From assembly GCA_963703985.1 (NCBI GenBank), contig CAVPGH010000001.1, positions 474,677-538,676 on the forward strand: a stretch of DNA of 64,000 nucleotides. Direction: 5' to 3'. Below the pieces are notes generated by a model. It searched no databases. It was not told the origin of the DNA and worked only from the letters and a program-made list of their open reading frames with translations. This DNA is from an uncultured Acidobacteriota bacterium. Lineage in GTDB: Bacteria > Acidobacteriota > Vicinamibacteria > Fen-336. The position numbers and the translations under genes were made by a program. Shown here piece by piece: positions 1-13,130 of the stretch. Positions within the stretch are counted from its first letter, which is position 1. Every line of letters begins with the position of its first letter.

Positions 1-1558
1 TCTGCACACGGTCGAAGGACTCGATGGGGACCTTGAGCTTGTCCCCGCCCTGGTAGGCGAGGACCATGAACTCGCGGGAAGTCCCCCCCACCTCGATCGT
101 CTCCAGCCCGAGGAACCGCCCAATGCCGTGGTCCTGGTGCACCACGAGGTCGCCCGCTTTCAGGTCGCGGAAGTCGGAGAGGAACGAGCGGGCGCCGCCC
201 CGTCGCCCGTGGGGGTGGAGGTGGACCTCCTCGGGAAAGACGTCGCCGTCCCCGAGGACGGCGAGTCCTGACGCGGGCAGCTCGAAGCCGCGGGAGAGTG
301 AGCCCACGCGCGTCTCGATTCGCCCCTCGCCGATGTCCAGCCCTTCTTCGCGAAGGACATCGGCGAGGCGTTTGGCCCGGCCCGCGTTCCCGAGCAGCAG
401 AATTGTCGTTCCCTCTTGTCCGCGGAGATCCGAAACCAACCGCCGCAGGTCGCCCGCGTAGCTCGGCACGGGCCGGCAGGGGATGTGAATCCCGCGCACC
501 TCGGTGTCGACCTCGCGCACGTGCACCGCGGGTGCTTCCTCCAGGCGGGCGGCCAGGGCCTCCGCGGAGACGAGGCTCTCCTCGGGATCGAGGATGAGCT
601 CGTCGCGCCGCCGGGCGTGGTCCTCGCGGGCCCGCGTCCAGTAGGCCTCGGCCTCGGTGGCCACGGCTTCCGGCTCGATCACGGCCACCCCCCCCCCGGC
701 CACGTGGGTCCAGGGCGCCACCGTCGTCCCCGGCACGAGGGGGACGAGCTCCACGAGGCTCTCGGGCAGGAGGCCGCGGTCCAGGCTCTCGACAAGTCCG
801 GGAAGCTCACGGCGGCCGGCGAACCTCTCCGCGATCCGCGGACGCAGCGACACCAGGACGGAGCGGGTCGCGAAGACGTCCCCGAGGGGGAGGGTGGTGA
901 GCGCGTCGAGGACGGCCACCGTGCGTTGGGTGTCGGGATCGAAGCGACGGAGGCTCTCCACGGTATCGCCGAGGAACTCGATCCGCACCGGGCCCTCGGC
1001 GTCGGAGGGGAACACGTCCACGATGCCTCCGCGTCGGGCCACCTGTCCGGGCGCGGTCACCGGATCCTCGCGCAGGTAGCCACCCTCGAAGAGCGCCTCC
1101 AGCAGGATCTCGGGGGTCATCTCGTCGCCCGTGCGCAACGAGAGCACGCGTGTCTCCAGGAGATGGGGGGCCAGGCTGGGCCGGAGCAGCCCGGGGGGAG
1201 CGGCGACCAGCGCGCGCAGGCCGGTGCGCCGGGCCGCGAGGAGCGCCGCCGCTCTGCGCGCGCAGGCGTCGACGTGCCGGGGCAGGCCCCGGAAGGGCGG
1301 CGGTCCGGGGGCAGGAAGCGCCCACACCTCGCCGGGGAGGCCCGCTTCGCTCGCGAGCGTTCGCAGGTCCGTGGCCGTCTCCTCCACGTCCCGCTCGCGG
1401 GGAACGACCACGAGCACGGGCGGCTCGAGGAGGAGGAGGGGCAGGAGCGCGCGGGCGGGTCCGGTGAGCCCGGCCAGATCGAGCCGGCCGGCCGAGCGCA
1501 GGAGGGCACGCGCCTCTTCGATCCGATCGGTGGTGCGCAGGAGGGCGAGCCCGCTCAC
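1..1558 (-). CDS. mfd: Transcription-repair coupling factor, N-terminal part (runs off the window start)
   Basis: My translation of the minus strand gives [48 protein letters not shown] (CarD-like RNAP-interaction domain) and a UvrB-like region with [27 protein letters not shown]. The GTG start at 1558 is inferred. Absent from the ORF track because no stop lies inside the window. Confidence 0.9.
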   Translation of the reverse strand, partial: MSGLALLRTTDRIEEARALLRSAGRLDLAGLTGPARALLPLLLLEPPVLVVVPRERDVEETATDLRTLASEAGLPGEVWALPAPGPPPFRGLPRHVDACARRAAALLAARRTGLRALVAAPPGLLRPSLAPHLLETRVLSLRTGDEMTPEILLEALFEGGYLREDPVTAPGQVARRGGIVDVFPSDAEGPVRIEFLGDTVESLRRFDPDTQRTVAVLDALTTLPLGDVFATRSVLVSLRPRIAERFAGRRELPGLVESLDRGLLPESLVELVPLVPGTTVAPWTHVAGGGVAVIEPEAVATEAEAYWTRAREDHARRRDELILDPEESLVSAEALAARLEEAPAVHVREVDTEVRGIHIPCRPVPSYAGDLRRLVSDLRGQEGTTILLLGNAGRAKRLADVLREEGLDIGEGRIETRVGSLSRGFELPASGLAVLGDGDVFPEEVHLHPHGRRGGARSFLSDFRDLKAGDLVVHQDHGIGRFLGLETIEVGGTSREFMVLAYQGGDKLKVPIESFDRVQ

Positions 1559-1571
1559 GGGAGGGATGGCG

Positions 1572-2053
1572 TCAGGACCGGCGAATGCTCTGGACGAGGC
1601 TCGTCGTGGACCGTCCGGGCACGAGCGCCACCCGCACCACCCTCCCCCCGCGGATTCGACCTCCTCCCGCCCCACGATCGCGTCCAGCGCCCAATCCGCG
1701 CCCTTGACGAGCACGTCGGGCGCGAGCGCGCGGATGAGCTCGCGCGGAGTCGGCTCCTCGTAGACCACCACGCGGTCCACGGTTTCGAGGGCGAGGAGCG
1801 TCTCCGCCCGCTCCGCCTCCGGGGCGAGCGGCCGCCCCGCGCCCTTCAGGCCACGCACGGAGTCGTCGCTGTTGAGCCCGACCACGAGGACGTCCCCCTC
1901 CGCCCGGGCCGCTTCCAGGAGCGACACGTGCCCGGGGTGCAGGAGGTCGAAGCAGCCGTTGGTGAAGGACACTCTCCGGCCCGCCCTCCTCCATTCCTCG
2001 CGTTCCGCGAGGAGGGCGGGCAGGTTCTGAGCAACCCGCTTAGGTCGTTCCAT
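1572..2053 (-). CDS. rfaE2: D-glycero-beta-D-manno-heptose 1-phosphate adenylyltransferase (RfaE2, HldE domain II); one apparent indel in a G run near 1645-1650
   Basis: ATG at 2053 gives [42 protein letters not shown]. The C-terminal [23 protein letters not shown] appears after a one-base shift in a G homopolymer. Confidence 0.9.
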
Positions 2054-3392
2054 CGTCCTCGCCAAGATCCAGCTCGGCCCGCGGCGTCGGAGCGTTGATC
2101 TCGATCTCCCCCGAGAAGTTCCACGAGTGCTCGGGCCGGTAGATGCCCACGTCCTTCACGCGGCTCTTCACGCGGAACGTGTGCAGGCCTCGATGGTAGT
2201 CGTAGGGAGTCCCGTCCGCCTTGTGCGCGGCCACGTCCAGGAAGTACGTCCCCTCCACGAGGCGCAGGTCGTGCAGGACGAGGCTCACCTCCGCGTCGCC
2301 TTCGAGACGCCGGGCCTTGTGACCCTCGAGGTCGGTGTTGGTGCCGTAGACGCTCGTACCCTCGGTGGTGAAGAGTCCCACGCCGAAAACGAAATCGTCC
2401 AGCGGGGACTTGGCGTGAACAGACAGCTCGACGCGAAGCGATTCCCCGGGGGCGTAGACGTGGCGCTCTTTGCCGGTGCGGTCGAGCAGGCGGACGCGAG
2501 TGATCTCGAGGTCGCGGGATCCCCAACGGCCGGACTGGTAACCATGGGCGGGGCCTGGTTGTTCCGCGGGAGCGCTGGGGGCGGGGTCTAGAGATGTCGC
2601 CGGGGTCGACGCGGCCACCGCCGCGAGCTGCCTCTCTTCGCCCCCGGCGACATAGGTTAGATACGCATCAATCACCCGCTTGGGGTCGCCGCGGTCCGCG
2701 ACCTTTCCGTGACGCAGCCAGAGCGCGTCGTCGCACATCTTCTCCACGAGGCCGAGGGCGTGGGTGACGATGAGGATCGTCTTCCCGCGCCGGCGGAACT
2801 CCGAGATCTTGTCCAGGCACTTGCGGGTGAAGGCCTCGTCCCCCACGGCCAGGACCTCGTCGATGAGCAGCACGTCGGGCTCCACGTGGATGGCCACCGA
2901 GAAGCCCAGGCGCATGTACATCCCCGACGAGTACGTCTTCACGGGAGCGTCGATGAAGTCCTGGAGCTCGGCGAAGGCCACGATCTCGTCGAAGCGCTCG
3001 TCGACCTCCCGGCGCGTGAGCCCGAGCATGATCCCGTTGATGGCCACGTTCTCCCGGCCGCTGATCTCGGGGTGGAAGCCGGCCCCGAGCTCGATGAGGG
3101 CGGAGATCCGCCCCTGGACGCTGAGGGTTCCCCGGGTGGGCTTCGTGATCCCGGCCAGGAGCTTGAGGAGCGTCGACTTCCCGGAGCCGTTCTCGCCGAT
3201 GACCCCGAAGGTCGAGCCCCTCGGCACGTCGAAGGTGACGTCGTCGAGGGCGGTGAAGGTCTGGTCGGGCCGCAGGTCGGACAGGAGCGAACCGGTGAGG
3301 AGCGCGCTCTTCAGGGTCCGGAACTGGTTCTGGTGGGCGAAGCGCCGGTACACCTTGGCCACGTTCCGGGCCACCACCGCCTTCTCGCTCAC
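2040..3392 (-). CDS. wzt: ABC polysaccharide exporter ATP-binding subunit with C-terminal Wzt_C-type domain
   Basis: Walker [10 protein letters not shown], signature YSSGM, Walker B LLIDE, H-loop VTH, followed by a C-terminal beta-rich carbohydrate-binding extension. Confidence 0.9.
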   Translation of the reverse strand: MSEKAVVARNVAKVYRRFAHQNQFRTLKSALLTGSLLSDLRPDQTFTALDDVTFDVPRGSTFGVIGENGSGKSTLLKLLAGITKPTRGTLSVQGRISALIELGAGFHPEISGRENVAINGIMLGLTRREVDERFDEIVAFAELQDFIDAPVKTYSSGMYMRLGFSVAIHVEPDVLLIDEVLAVGDEAFTRKCLDKISEFRRRGKTILIVTHALGLVEKMCDDALWLRHGKVADRGDPKRVIDAYLTYVAGGEERQLAAVAASTPATSLDPAPSAPAEQPGPAHGYQSGRWGSRDLEITRVRLLDRTGKERHVYAPGESLRVELSVHAKSPLDDFVFGVGLFTTEGTSVYGTNTDLEGHKARRLEGDAEVSLVLHDLRLVEGTYFLDVAAHKADGTPYDYHRGLHTFRVKSRVKDVGIYRPEHSWNFSGEIEINAPTPRAELDLGEDDGTT

Positions 3393-4174
3393 ACTTCCTC
3401 CGCGAGGGTGTCGCGCAGGCGGTCGAACACGAAGGCCCCGAGGGCGAAGGCGAGGACGGCGAGGAGCGCGGCCACGAGCAGGCCTCGGCCGGGACGGAAG
3501 GTCCCCGTGAAGAGGATCTGCTGGTAGGCGGTGAGCACGTAGGCCATGGGGTTGAGGCGCAGCACCACCTGCAGCCGGGGAGGGACCTCGCTGAGCGCGT
3601 AGAGGACAGGGGTGGAGAAGAACCAGAGGTGCAGCACGTGGCCGAGGATGTTCTGGAGGTCACGGAAGTGGACGGTGAGCGCGGAGAGAAAGAGGCAGAG
3701 CCCCAGGGTCAGGACGAACTGCACGAGGAGGGGGACGGGCAGGAAGAGCGCGCTCGCCTTGAGCCGGCCCCCGACGAGGAGAAAGACGAGGAGGATGGGC
3801 AGGCCGAGCAGGAAGTGGACGAGGTTCGACACGACCGTGACCACGGGCAGGACCTCGGCCGGGAAGAGCACCTTCTTGATGAGGTTGCCGCCCGCGATGA
3901 GCACGCCCGCGGACTCGAGCAGCGACGAGGAGAACCAGGTCCAGGGCAGGATGCCGCAGAAGAAGAAGAGGAAGTACGGCTCCATCTCCGGGGAATGGCG
4001 CCCGGGCAGGATCACGGTGAAGACGAGGGTGTACGTCACGAGGAGGAGCAGCGGGTTCACGAAGCTCCAGAAGAACCCGAGGATGCTGCCGCGGTAGCGG
4101 GCCTTCAAATCGCGGCCGACGAGGCTCTGGATGAGGAGGCGGTAGCGGAGGAGGGTACGGAGCTGGGCGATCAA
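3389..4174 (-). CDS. wzm: ABC polysaccharide exporter permease
   Basis: RDLKARYRGSILGFFWSFVNPLL, DLQNILGHVLHLWFFSTPVLY and LNPMA motifs; about six TM segments; overlaps the wzt start. Confidence 0.9.
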   Translation of the reverse strand: MIAQLRTLLRYRLLIQSLVGRDLKARYRGSILGFFWSFVNPLLLLVTYTLVFTVILPGRHSPEMEPYFLFFFCGILPWTWFSSSLLESAGVLIAGGNLIKKVLFPAEVLPVVTVVSNLVHFLLGLPILLVFLLVGGRLKASALFLPVPLLVQFVLTLGLCLFLSALTVHFRDLQNILGHVLHLWFFSTPVLYALSEVPPRLQVVLRLNPMAYVLTAYQQILFTGTFRPGRGLLVAALLAVLAFALGAFVFDRLRDTLAEEV

Positions 4175-4228
4175 CGCTCTCAGTCTAGCTCGTGACCCCC
4201 GGCCGCCGTTCAGGGGCGGGGGTCCGCT

Positions 4229-4660
4229 TCAGCGCGACGCGCTCGTGGGGCGAGGGGGGTGGGCCACGGCCAGGCGAGTCACGGCGCGCACGTAGGCGTC
4301 GTGGGCCTCCTTGAAGCCCGCCTCGTCCTTGATCGCCTTCATGCGCTCTTCGGCTCGCTTCCGGGCGGCCTCGGCCCGCCCCACGTCGATGTCTTCCGCT
4401 CGCTCCCCGATCTCGGCGAGGACGTTGACGCGGTCGGGCAGCACCTCGCAGAAGCCCCAGAAGCAGGTGAGTCGGGCCGTGTCCACCCCCTTGCGGTACG
4501 AGATCTCGCCCAGGCCGAGGGTGGACATGAAAGGGGTGTGGCCGGGCCGCACGCCGAAGTAGCCGTCGACACCAGGGGCGACGATGTCGTCCACCTCGTC
4601 GCGCAGGAGGAGGCCCTCCGGCGTGACCACTTCCAGAACGAGCTTGGCGGGAAGCGGCAC
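4229..4660 (-). CDS. atpC: F1 ATPase epsilon subunit
   Basis: LEVVTPEG...APGVDGYFGVRPGHTPFMSTL...RVNVLAEIGERAEDID; last gene of the atp cluster. Confidence 0.95.
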   Translation of the reverse strand: MPLPAKLVLEVVTPEGLLLRDEVDDIVAPGVDGYFGVRPGHTPFMSTLGLGEISYRKGVDTARLTCFWGFCEVLPDRVNVLAEIGERAEDIDVGRAEAARKRAEERMKAIKDEAGFKEAHDAYVRAVTRLAVAHPPRPTSASR

Positions 4661-4664
4661 CGGG

Positions 4665-6116
<1,452 letters not shown>

Positions 6117-6971
6117 TCAGGCGGGCGTGCCCGCACCCGAGACGACCTCGATGATCTCCTTCGTGATCGCGGCCTGGCGGACCTTGTTCATGTAGAGGGT
6201 CAGGCGCTCGATCATGTCGGACGCGTTGTTGGTGGCGGAGTCCATGGCCGCCATGCGCGCCCCGTGCTCGGCCGCGGCCGACTCCAGGAGGGCCTGCCAC
6301 ACCTGCACCTCCACGTACTTGGGGAGGATGTCCTGGAAGATCGCGTTCGGTCCCGGCTCGTAGATGTAGTCGAGCGCGGGCTCGCGGGGATCGATGGTGC
6401 TCCTCTCCACCGGGAGGAGCCGCTCGACCACGATCCGCTGCTGGATCACGCTCTTGAACTCGTTGTAGACGAGCCAGACCTCGTCCGCCTCGCGCTCGGT
6501 GAAGGCCCGGATCAGCTCGCGGGCGATCTTCTGGGCGGTCGCGTACTGGAGGGCCTGGAAGACCCCGATGTGTTCCGCGCGGATCTTCACGTGCCGGCGG
6601 CGGAAGAAGTCGCGGGCCTTTCGCCCCACCACGTCCAGGCTCACGTCGTGGGCCGCGCGCTCCTTCAGGAAGCTCAGCACCATGCGCAGGATGTTGGCGT
6701 TGAAGCCGCCGCAGAGCCCCTTGTCGGCGGTGACCACCACCACCAGGACCCGGTCGTTGCCCCGCTCCTCGAGGAGGGGGTGGAGGGCGGGGGCGCGGGA
6801 GGCCAGGCTGTTCAGCACCTCCACCATCTTCCGCGCGTAGGGGCGGGCCGCGAACATCGCCTCCTGGGCCCGGCGCAGCTTGGCCGCGGAGACCATCTTC
6901 ATGGCCTTGGTGATCTGCTGCGTGATCTTGACGCTGCGGATCCGGCGCCGGATGTCGATGAGGGCGGGCAT
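6117..6971 (-). CDS. atpG: F1 ATPase gamma subunit
   Basis: QITKAMKMVSAAKL, ADKGLCGGFN, RMAAMDSATNNA, RQAAITKEIIEVVSGA. Confidence 0.98.
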   Translation of the reverse strand: MPALIDIRRRIRSVKITQQITKAMKMVSAAKLRRAQEAMFAARPYARKMVEVLNSLASRAPALHPLLEERGNDRVLVVVVTADKGLCGGFNANILRMVLSFLKERAAHDVSLDVVGRKARDFFRRRHVKIRAEHIGVFQALQYATAQKIARELIRAFTEREADEVWLVYNEFKSVIQQRIVVERLLPVERSTIDPREPALDYIYEPGPNAIFQDILPKYVEVQVWQALLESAAAEHGARMAAMDSATNNASDMIERLTLYMNKVRQAAITKEIIEVVSGAGTPA

Positions 6972-7004
6972 TCTCTCCTGTGCGTTAGGCGCTCAGGGGT
7001 GAGC

Positions 7005-8527
<1,523 letters not shown>

Positions 8528-8551
8528 CCGCTCGTCCCTTCCTGTTCTCTT

Positions 8552-9115
8552 CTAGCCGGCCCGGCCCAGGAGCGTCTCCCGCAGGGCGGCGAGCCGCCCG
8601 CGAACGCTGCCGTCGTAGGTCTTCCCGCCCATACGCACCACGAGGCCGCCGAGCACGTGCGGGTCCACGAGCGGGCGCAGCTCCACCTCGAGGGCGGCCG
8701 CCTTCGCGAGCGCTTTGGAGAGCGCACCCGTCTGCGCCGGTTCGAGCACGACCGCGGTGACCGCGTCCGCCGCGATCACCCCGCGGTGCGCGTTCCACGC
8801 ATCCGCGAAAAGCTCGGCGATGGTGGGCAGCAGGGAGAGCCGGTCGCGCTCCGCGAGGAGGCCCAGGAGGCGGCCCACCACCGGGGTCGGCTTCGTCCGG
8901 GCCGCGAGCGCGGACGTGATCTTCTTCTTGACCTCGACTCGGACCGCCGGGTTCTGCAGGACGACCGCGAGGTCCTTGTGCTCGCGCAGGAGGCCGGCCA
9001 TGTCTTCCAGGTCGCGGCGGACGGCCTCCGGTGTGCCTTCCTTGGGCTTGGCCAGGGAGACATCGAGGAGGGCGCGCGCGTAGCGCCGCGCCAACGGCCG
9101 CGAGCCTGCTTTCAC
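8552..9115 (-). CDS. atpH: F1 ATPase delta subunit
   Basis: ARRYARALL at the N-terminus and VDPHVLGGLVVRMGGKTYDGSVRGRL at the C-terminus. Confidence 0.95.
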   Translation of the reverse strand: MKAGSRPLARRYARALLDVSLAKPKEGTPEAVRRDLEDMAGLLREHKDLAVVLQNPAVRVEVKKKITSALAARTKPTPVVGRLLGLLAERDRLSLLPTIAELFADAWNAHRGVIAADAVTAVVLEPAQTGALSKALAKAAALEVELRPLVDPHVLGGLVVRMGGKTYDGSVRGRLAALRETLLGRAG

Positions 9116-9232
9116 CCTCGCTCCCCTGCGGTCCCTCGGACCGCGCCTTTCCCGGCCTGCGCTCTCAAGCCCGTTCCATCCTGCTGATCCACCCCGAGAT
9201 GCGGGGGGCGATTCGTCCGAAAAAAACGGGGG

Positions 9233-9260
9233 AGGATATCACGGGAGAGATGGGATTCAA
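9233..9260 (-). promoter_or_regulatory. Putative sigma70 promoter of atpHAGDC
   Basis: Minus strand TTGAAT-16 nt-TATCCT with TG just upstream of the -10 (extended -10), about 120 bp before atpH. Confidence 0.5.
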
Positions 9261-9271
9261 AGTCACACGAG

Positions 9272-10309
9272 TCACACGAGGAGGATCGGCTTGCTACCTT
9301 CTGGCCGGGCGACCCCGATCCTCCGAGCGTTGGGGAGGTCCGCGAGCAAAGCCTCCACGTTTGTCTCCGGCACGAAGAGCAGGAGACCTCCCGACGTCTG
9401 GGGATCGTAGAGAAGCGCCTCCAATGCCGGGTCAGGACGCGCCCGAACATCCACCTGGGACTCGTACTGTCGGCGGTTTGCCTTGAGACCGGCGGCCTGG
9501 AAGGTCAGAGCGAGCTCGAGGGCGCCCGGAAGCACCGGGACCTCGGCGCACTCGATCTCGAGTGTCACCCCGCTCTCCCTGGCCACGTTCAAGGCATGCC
9601 CCACGAGTCCGAACCCCGTCACGTCGGTCGCCGCCCGCACCCCATGACGCTGGGCTACCGTCGCCGGGATCCGGTTGAGTGTCGCCATCGACCGCGTGGA
9701 CGCGGCGACCGCCTCCGCCGGGGCCTTGCCCGCCTTGAGCGCGGTGGCGATCACTCCCGTGCCGATCGGCTTGGTCAGAACGAGCACGTCCCCCGCCCGC
9801 CCGTTCGCGTTCGTGAGCATCTGGGCGGGGTCCACGAGCCCGGTGATCGCGTAGCCGAACTTGATCTCGGGGTCGCGCACGCTGTGGCCGCCGAGGAGCG
9901 CGCACCCCGCCTCCTGGAGCTTGCGCGCTCCCCCCCGGACGATGGCCGCCGCCCATTCCGCGGGGAAGTCCTCTTCCGGGAACGCGGCGATGCAGAGCGC
10001 GGTGATCGGACGGCCCCCCATGGCGTAGACGTCGGAGAGCGCGTTGGCGGCGGCGATCGCCCCGAAGTCCTCGGGGTCGTCCACCACCGGGGTGAAGAAG
10101 TCCACGGTCTGCACGAGGGCCGTCGTCTCGTCGAGGCGGAAGACCCCGGCGTCGTCGCCGGTGCGGTAGTCGACGAGCACGCGGGGGTCGTCGGTGGTGG
10201 GAAGGGCGCCCAGGACCTGGGCGAGCTCGGAAGGGCCGAGCTTGCTCGCTCAACCCGCGCAGCGGACCCGCTCGGTGAGCCGGCGGATCCGCTCTCTCTC
10301 GTCGGTCAT
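9272..10309 (-). CDS. selD: Selenide, water dikinase (selenophosphate synthetase), selenocysteine-containing (UGA codon 20)
   Basis: ATG at 10309 gives [22 protein letters not shown](10252-10250)[13 protein letters not shown], in frame with the ORF-track protein ([42 protein letters not shown]). The TGA sits at the catalytic Cys/Sec position. Confidence 0.93.
10207..10249 (-). promoter_or_regulatory. Candidate bacterial SECIS element
   Basis: Perfect 7-bp stem CGCCCAG-GTC-CTGGGCG with an apical G, loop about 33 nt after the UGA. A competing hairpin AGCTCGG-CCCTT-CCGAGCT lies just upstream of it. Confidence 0.6.
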
Positions 10310-10329
10310 GGCCGCGCGCCTCTGGAAAC

Positions 10330-10745
10330 GACTATATAAAATTGTATACGCGCCGCTCGGCTCTCGGGACCGGGGGGGCCGGCGAGCGCCGCCCCGGGGC
10401 GGGCCCCCCATCTCGCAGTCGCCCTGGAAGAACGCGCCGTCCTCGATCACGAGCTTGGGGGAGACGAGGGTGGCCTGCACCTTCGAGCCGGCCAGGAGCT
10501 CGATGCGCTGCCGTCCGTGCACCCGGCCGGAGACCGTCCCCCGGATCGAGACCACCCCGCAGTCGATCTCCGCCTCCACCTGCCCCGACTCCCCGACGAT
10601 GAGCGTGTTGTCGGAGACGATCTTGCCCTTGAGCCGTCCGTCGATGCGGAAGGTGTCGCGGAAACGCAGCTCGCCCAGGAACTCCGTCCCCTCGTCCATG
10701 AACCCGTTGAGATCCTCGCTGCGCGAGGCCCTTGAGCTTGATCAT
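10330..10745 (-). CDS. Bactofilin (polymer-forming cytoskeletal protein); ends uncertain because of indels
   Basis: DLNGFMDEGTEFLGELRFRDTFRIDGRLKGKI...LIVGESGQVEAEI...KLVIEDGAFFQGDCEM, the typical DUF583 pattern. Confidence 0.88.
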
Positions 10746-10822
10746 CGGCGCTCCGTCGGGTTGGGGACGCGACCCTCGTCCCGGGGGAACGATAGCACGG
10801 CGGGCGCGCGGGCTCGGTCTCC

Positions 10823-11701
10823 CGCGTAGCCGCGGCCGCGGCCCGCCCGCAGCAGCAGCTCGAAGAGGCGATTCAGCTCCGCCTCGCTCGTGAAGGCGAT
10901 GCGCAGGGTCCCCGCACTTGCCCCGCGGCTGATCTGCACCCGCGTGCCGAGGGCCGCCCGCAGCCGCTCCTCGGCGGCGCGCGTGTTGGCGTCCTTCTGC
11001 GCCCGCGGGGCGCGACCGCGGGGCGCGCAGCAGCGGCCACCCGCCGCTCCACCTCGCGCACGGACAGGCCCTTGCGCGCGGCCTCTCGGCCCAGGGCCGA
11101 CCTGGTCCTCGGCGCGGTCGAGGGCGAGGAGGGCGCGGGCGTGCCCGGCGTCGAGCGCGCCCTTGGCCACGAGCAGCTCGCGCACCTCCCGGGGGAGCCG
11201 CAGCAGGCGCAGCGGTGTTGGCGACGGTGGAGCGGTCGCGCCCCACCCGCCGCGCCACCTCCTCCTGGGTGAGGTGGAACTCGTCGTGCAGGCGATGAAA
11301 GGCCTGGGCCTCCTCGAGCGGGGTCAGCTCCTCGCGCTGGATGTTCTCGACGAGGGCGAGCTCGAGCAGCCGGTCGTCGGGCACGTCCCGGACGGTGACG
11401 GGCACGCGCGGCGAGGCCGAGCTGCCTGCGCCGCCCGCCAGCGCCGCTCGCCGGCGATGATCTGGTAGCGCTCCCCTCGGCGCCGCACCAGGATCGGCTG
11501 GACCATCCCGCTCTCTCGGATGGACGCGGCCAGCTCCTGCAGCCGCGCGGGCTCGAGGGCGCCGCGCGGCTGGAAGGGGTTGGGCTCGAGGCTCGCGGTC
11601 GGTACCTCCGCCGCGGTCGCCTCCGCGCTCGGGCGTTCCGTCCGGCTCCGGCAGGAGGGCGGCGAGCCCCTTGCCCAGCGCCTTCTCTTGACCGGGTTCA
11701 T
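10823..11701 (-). CDS. parB: Chromosome partitioning protein ParB (several indels)
   Basis: [31 protein letters not shown] (arginine patch), [31 protein letters not shown]. Confidence 0.93.
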
Positions 11702-12484
11702 GGCGCGAAGAGGGCGAGCTGGCCGTGGGCCATCAGCTCCTTGGCGAGGTCGAGGTAGGCTTCGGCCCCCCGCGACCGGATGTCGTAGAGGAGTATCGGC
11801 TTGCCGAAGCTGGGCGCCTCCGCGAGGCGGACGCTCCGCGGGATCGTGGTCCTTGAAGACCTGGTCCTTGAAGTGCTGGCGCGATCTCCGCGATCACCTG
11901 CTGGGTCAGGTTCGTCCGCTCGTCCACCATGGTCAGGAGCACGCCCTCGATCTCCAGCGCGGGGTTGAGCGCGCGCTGGACGCGTCTGCAGGGTGGCCAC
12001 GAGCTCCGAGATCCCCTCGAGCGCGAAGTACTCGCACTGCAGGGGGATGAGCACGCGTGTCGGCGGCGGCGAGGGCGTTGACGGTGAGGAGGCCGAGGCT
12101 CGGCGGGCAGTCGATGAAGACGTAGTCGAAGCGGGCGACCACCGGGGCCAGGGCCTCCTTCAGCCGGAACTCGCGGGCGAGCAGGGGGACGAGCTCCACC
12201 TCCGCCCCGGTGAGGTTCCGGTCGGAGGGGGCGAGGGTGAGGTGCTCGAGGTCGGTGGCGACGAGCATCTCGTCCAGGGGCCGCTGGTCGATGAGGGCGT
12301 CGTAGAGGCTGGGGCGGGACTCGCGGGTCTTGCGGCCGAGCCCCGAGGTGAGGTTGCCCTGGGGGTCCGCGTCCACGGCCAGCACCCGGCGCTCGGCCGC
12401 GGCCAGGCTCGCCGCCAGGTTGATGGCGGTGGTGGTCTTGCCCACCCCGCCTTTCTGGTTGGCTACGGCGATGACTCGACCCAC
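11698..12484 (-). CDS. parA: Chromosome partitioning ATPase ParA/Soj (indels)
   Basis: [62 protein letters not shown]. Confidence 0.95.
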
Positions 12485-12556
12485 CGGCGTTCTCTCCGTC
12501 CCTCTGGGGCGGGGAGGATAGCACACGGCTCTCCCGCCCCCCTTCCCCGTGACACG

Positions 12557-12572
12557 TGTGCCACGTGGAACA
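12557..12572. promoter_or_regulatory. parS centromere-like site
   Basis: TGTGCCACGTGGAACA differs at one base from the palindrome TGTTCCACGTGGAACA; lies between rsmG and parA, about 4 kb from oriC. Confidence 0.8.
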
Positions 12573-12578
12573 TCCCGT

Positions 12579-13110
12579 TCAGCCCGCCGCCCGGAAGACG
12601 TGGACACCCGCGGGACCGTCCTCGCGCGCGAACCCGGGCTCCTCGGCGGGGGGGGCCCCGAAGACGAGGACGCGCCCGCCGCCCGCGACGAGGGGCCGGA
12701 TCTGGCGCAAGGGAAGGGCGAGAGCCCGGAGCACGACCGTGGCCGCGGGTGGCCCCTGGTACTGGTCGTGGCGCTCCCGGAGCACCTCGACGTCGCCGGC
12801 CCGCACGGCCCGCGCCGCCTCGCGCAGGAAGGCCCAGCGCCGCTGCCGGGGCTCGAGCAGCGTCACCTGGAGATCGGCCCGGAGCAGCGCCAGCACCAGG
12901 CCGGGGGAGCCGTTGCCGGAGCCCACGTCGATGAGGCGGCCCGGGGCGGGGAGAGAGCGCGCGGGCAGCACCCGGGCCACCAGCAGGTCCACTCGGGCCG
13001 ACGGCGTGCGCGCACCGGTGAGGTTCACCCGGGGGCTCCATTCCGCGAGCGGGTCGAGGTAGCGCTCGAGCCGGGTCGCTTCGCCCCCGGAGAGCCCGAG
13101 CGCGGCAGAG
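12579..13110 (-). CDS. rsmG: 16S rRNA m7G527 methyltransferase (start uncertain)
   Basis: W..RVNLTG, LIDVGSGNGSPGLVLAL, LLEPRQRRWAFL; canonical position upstream of parA. Confidence 0.85.
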
Positions 13111-13130
13111 GAGCGGCGTGCGGCCCGGGG

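Noticed and set aside
1-2053. Apparent RfaE2-Mfd fusion (continuous frame from ATG 2053)
   Set aside because: It is caused by one missing G in the run near 1645-1650; the proper RfaE2 C-terminus and stop are present in the adjacent frame.
10250-10252. selD as a nonsense pseudogene
   Set aside because: The TGA is exactly at the catalytic Cys/Sec codon, with a downstream hairpin and an otherwise intact frame.
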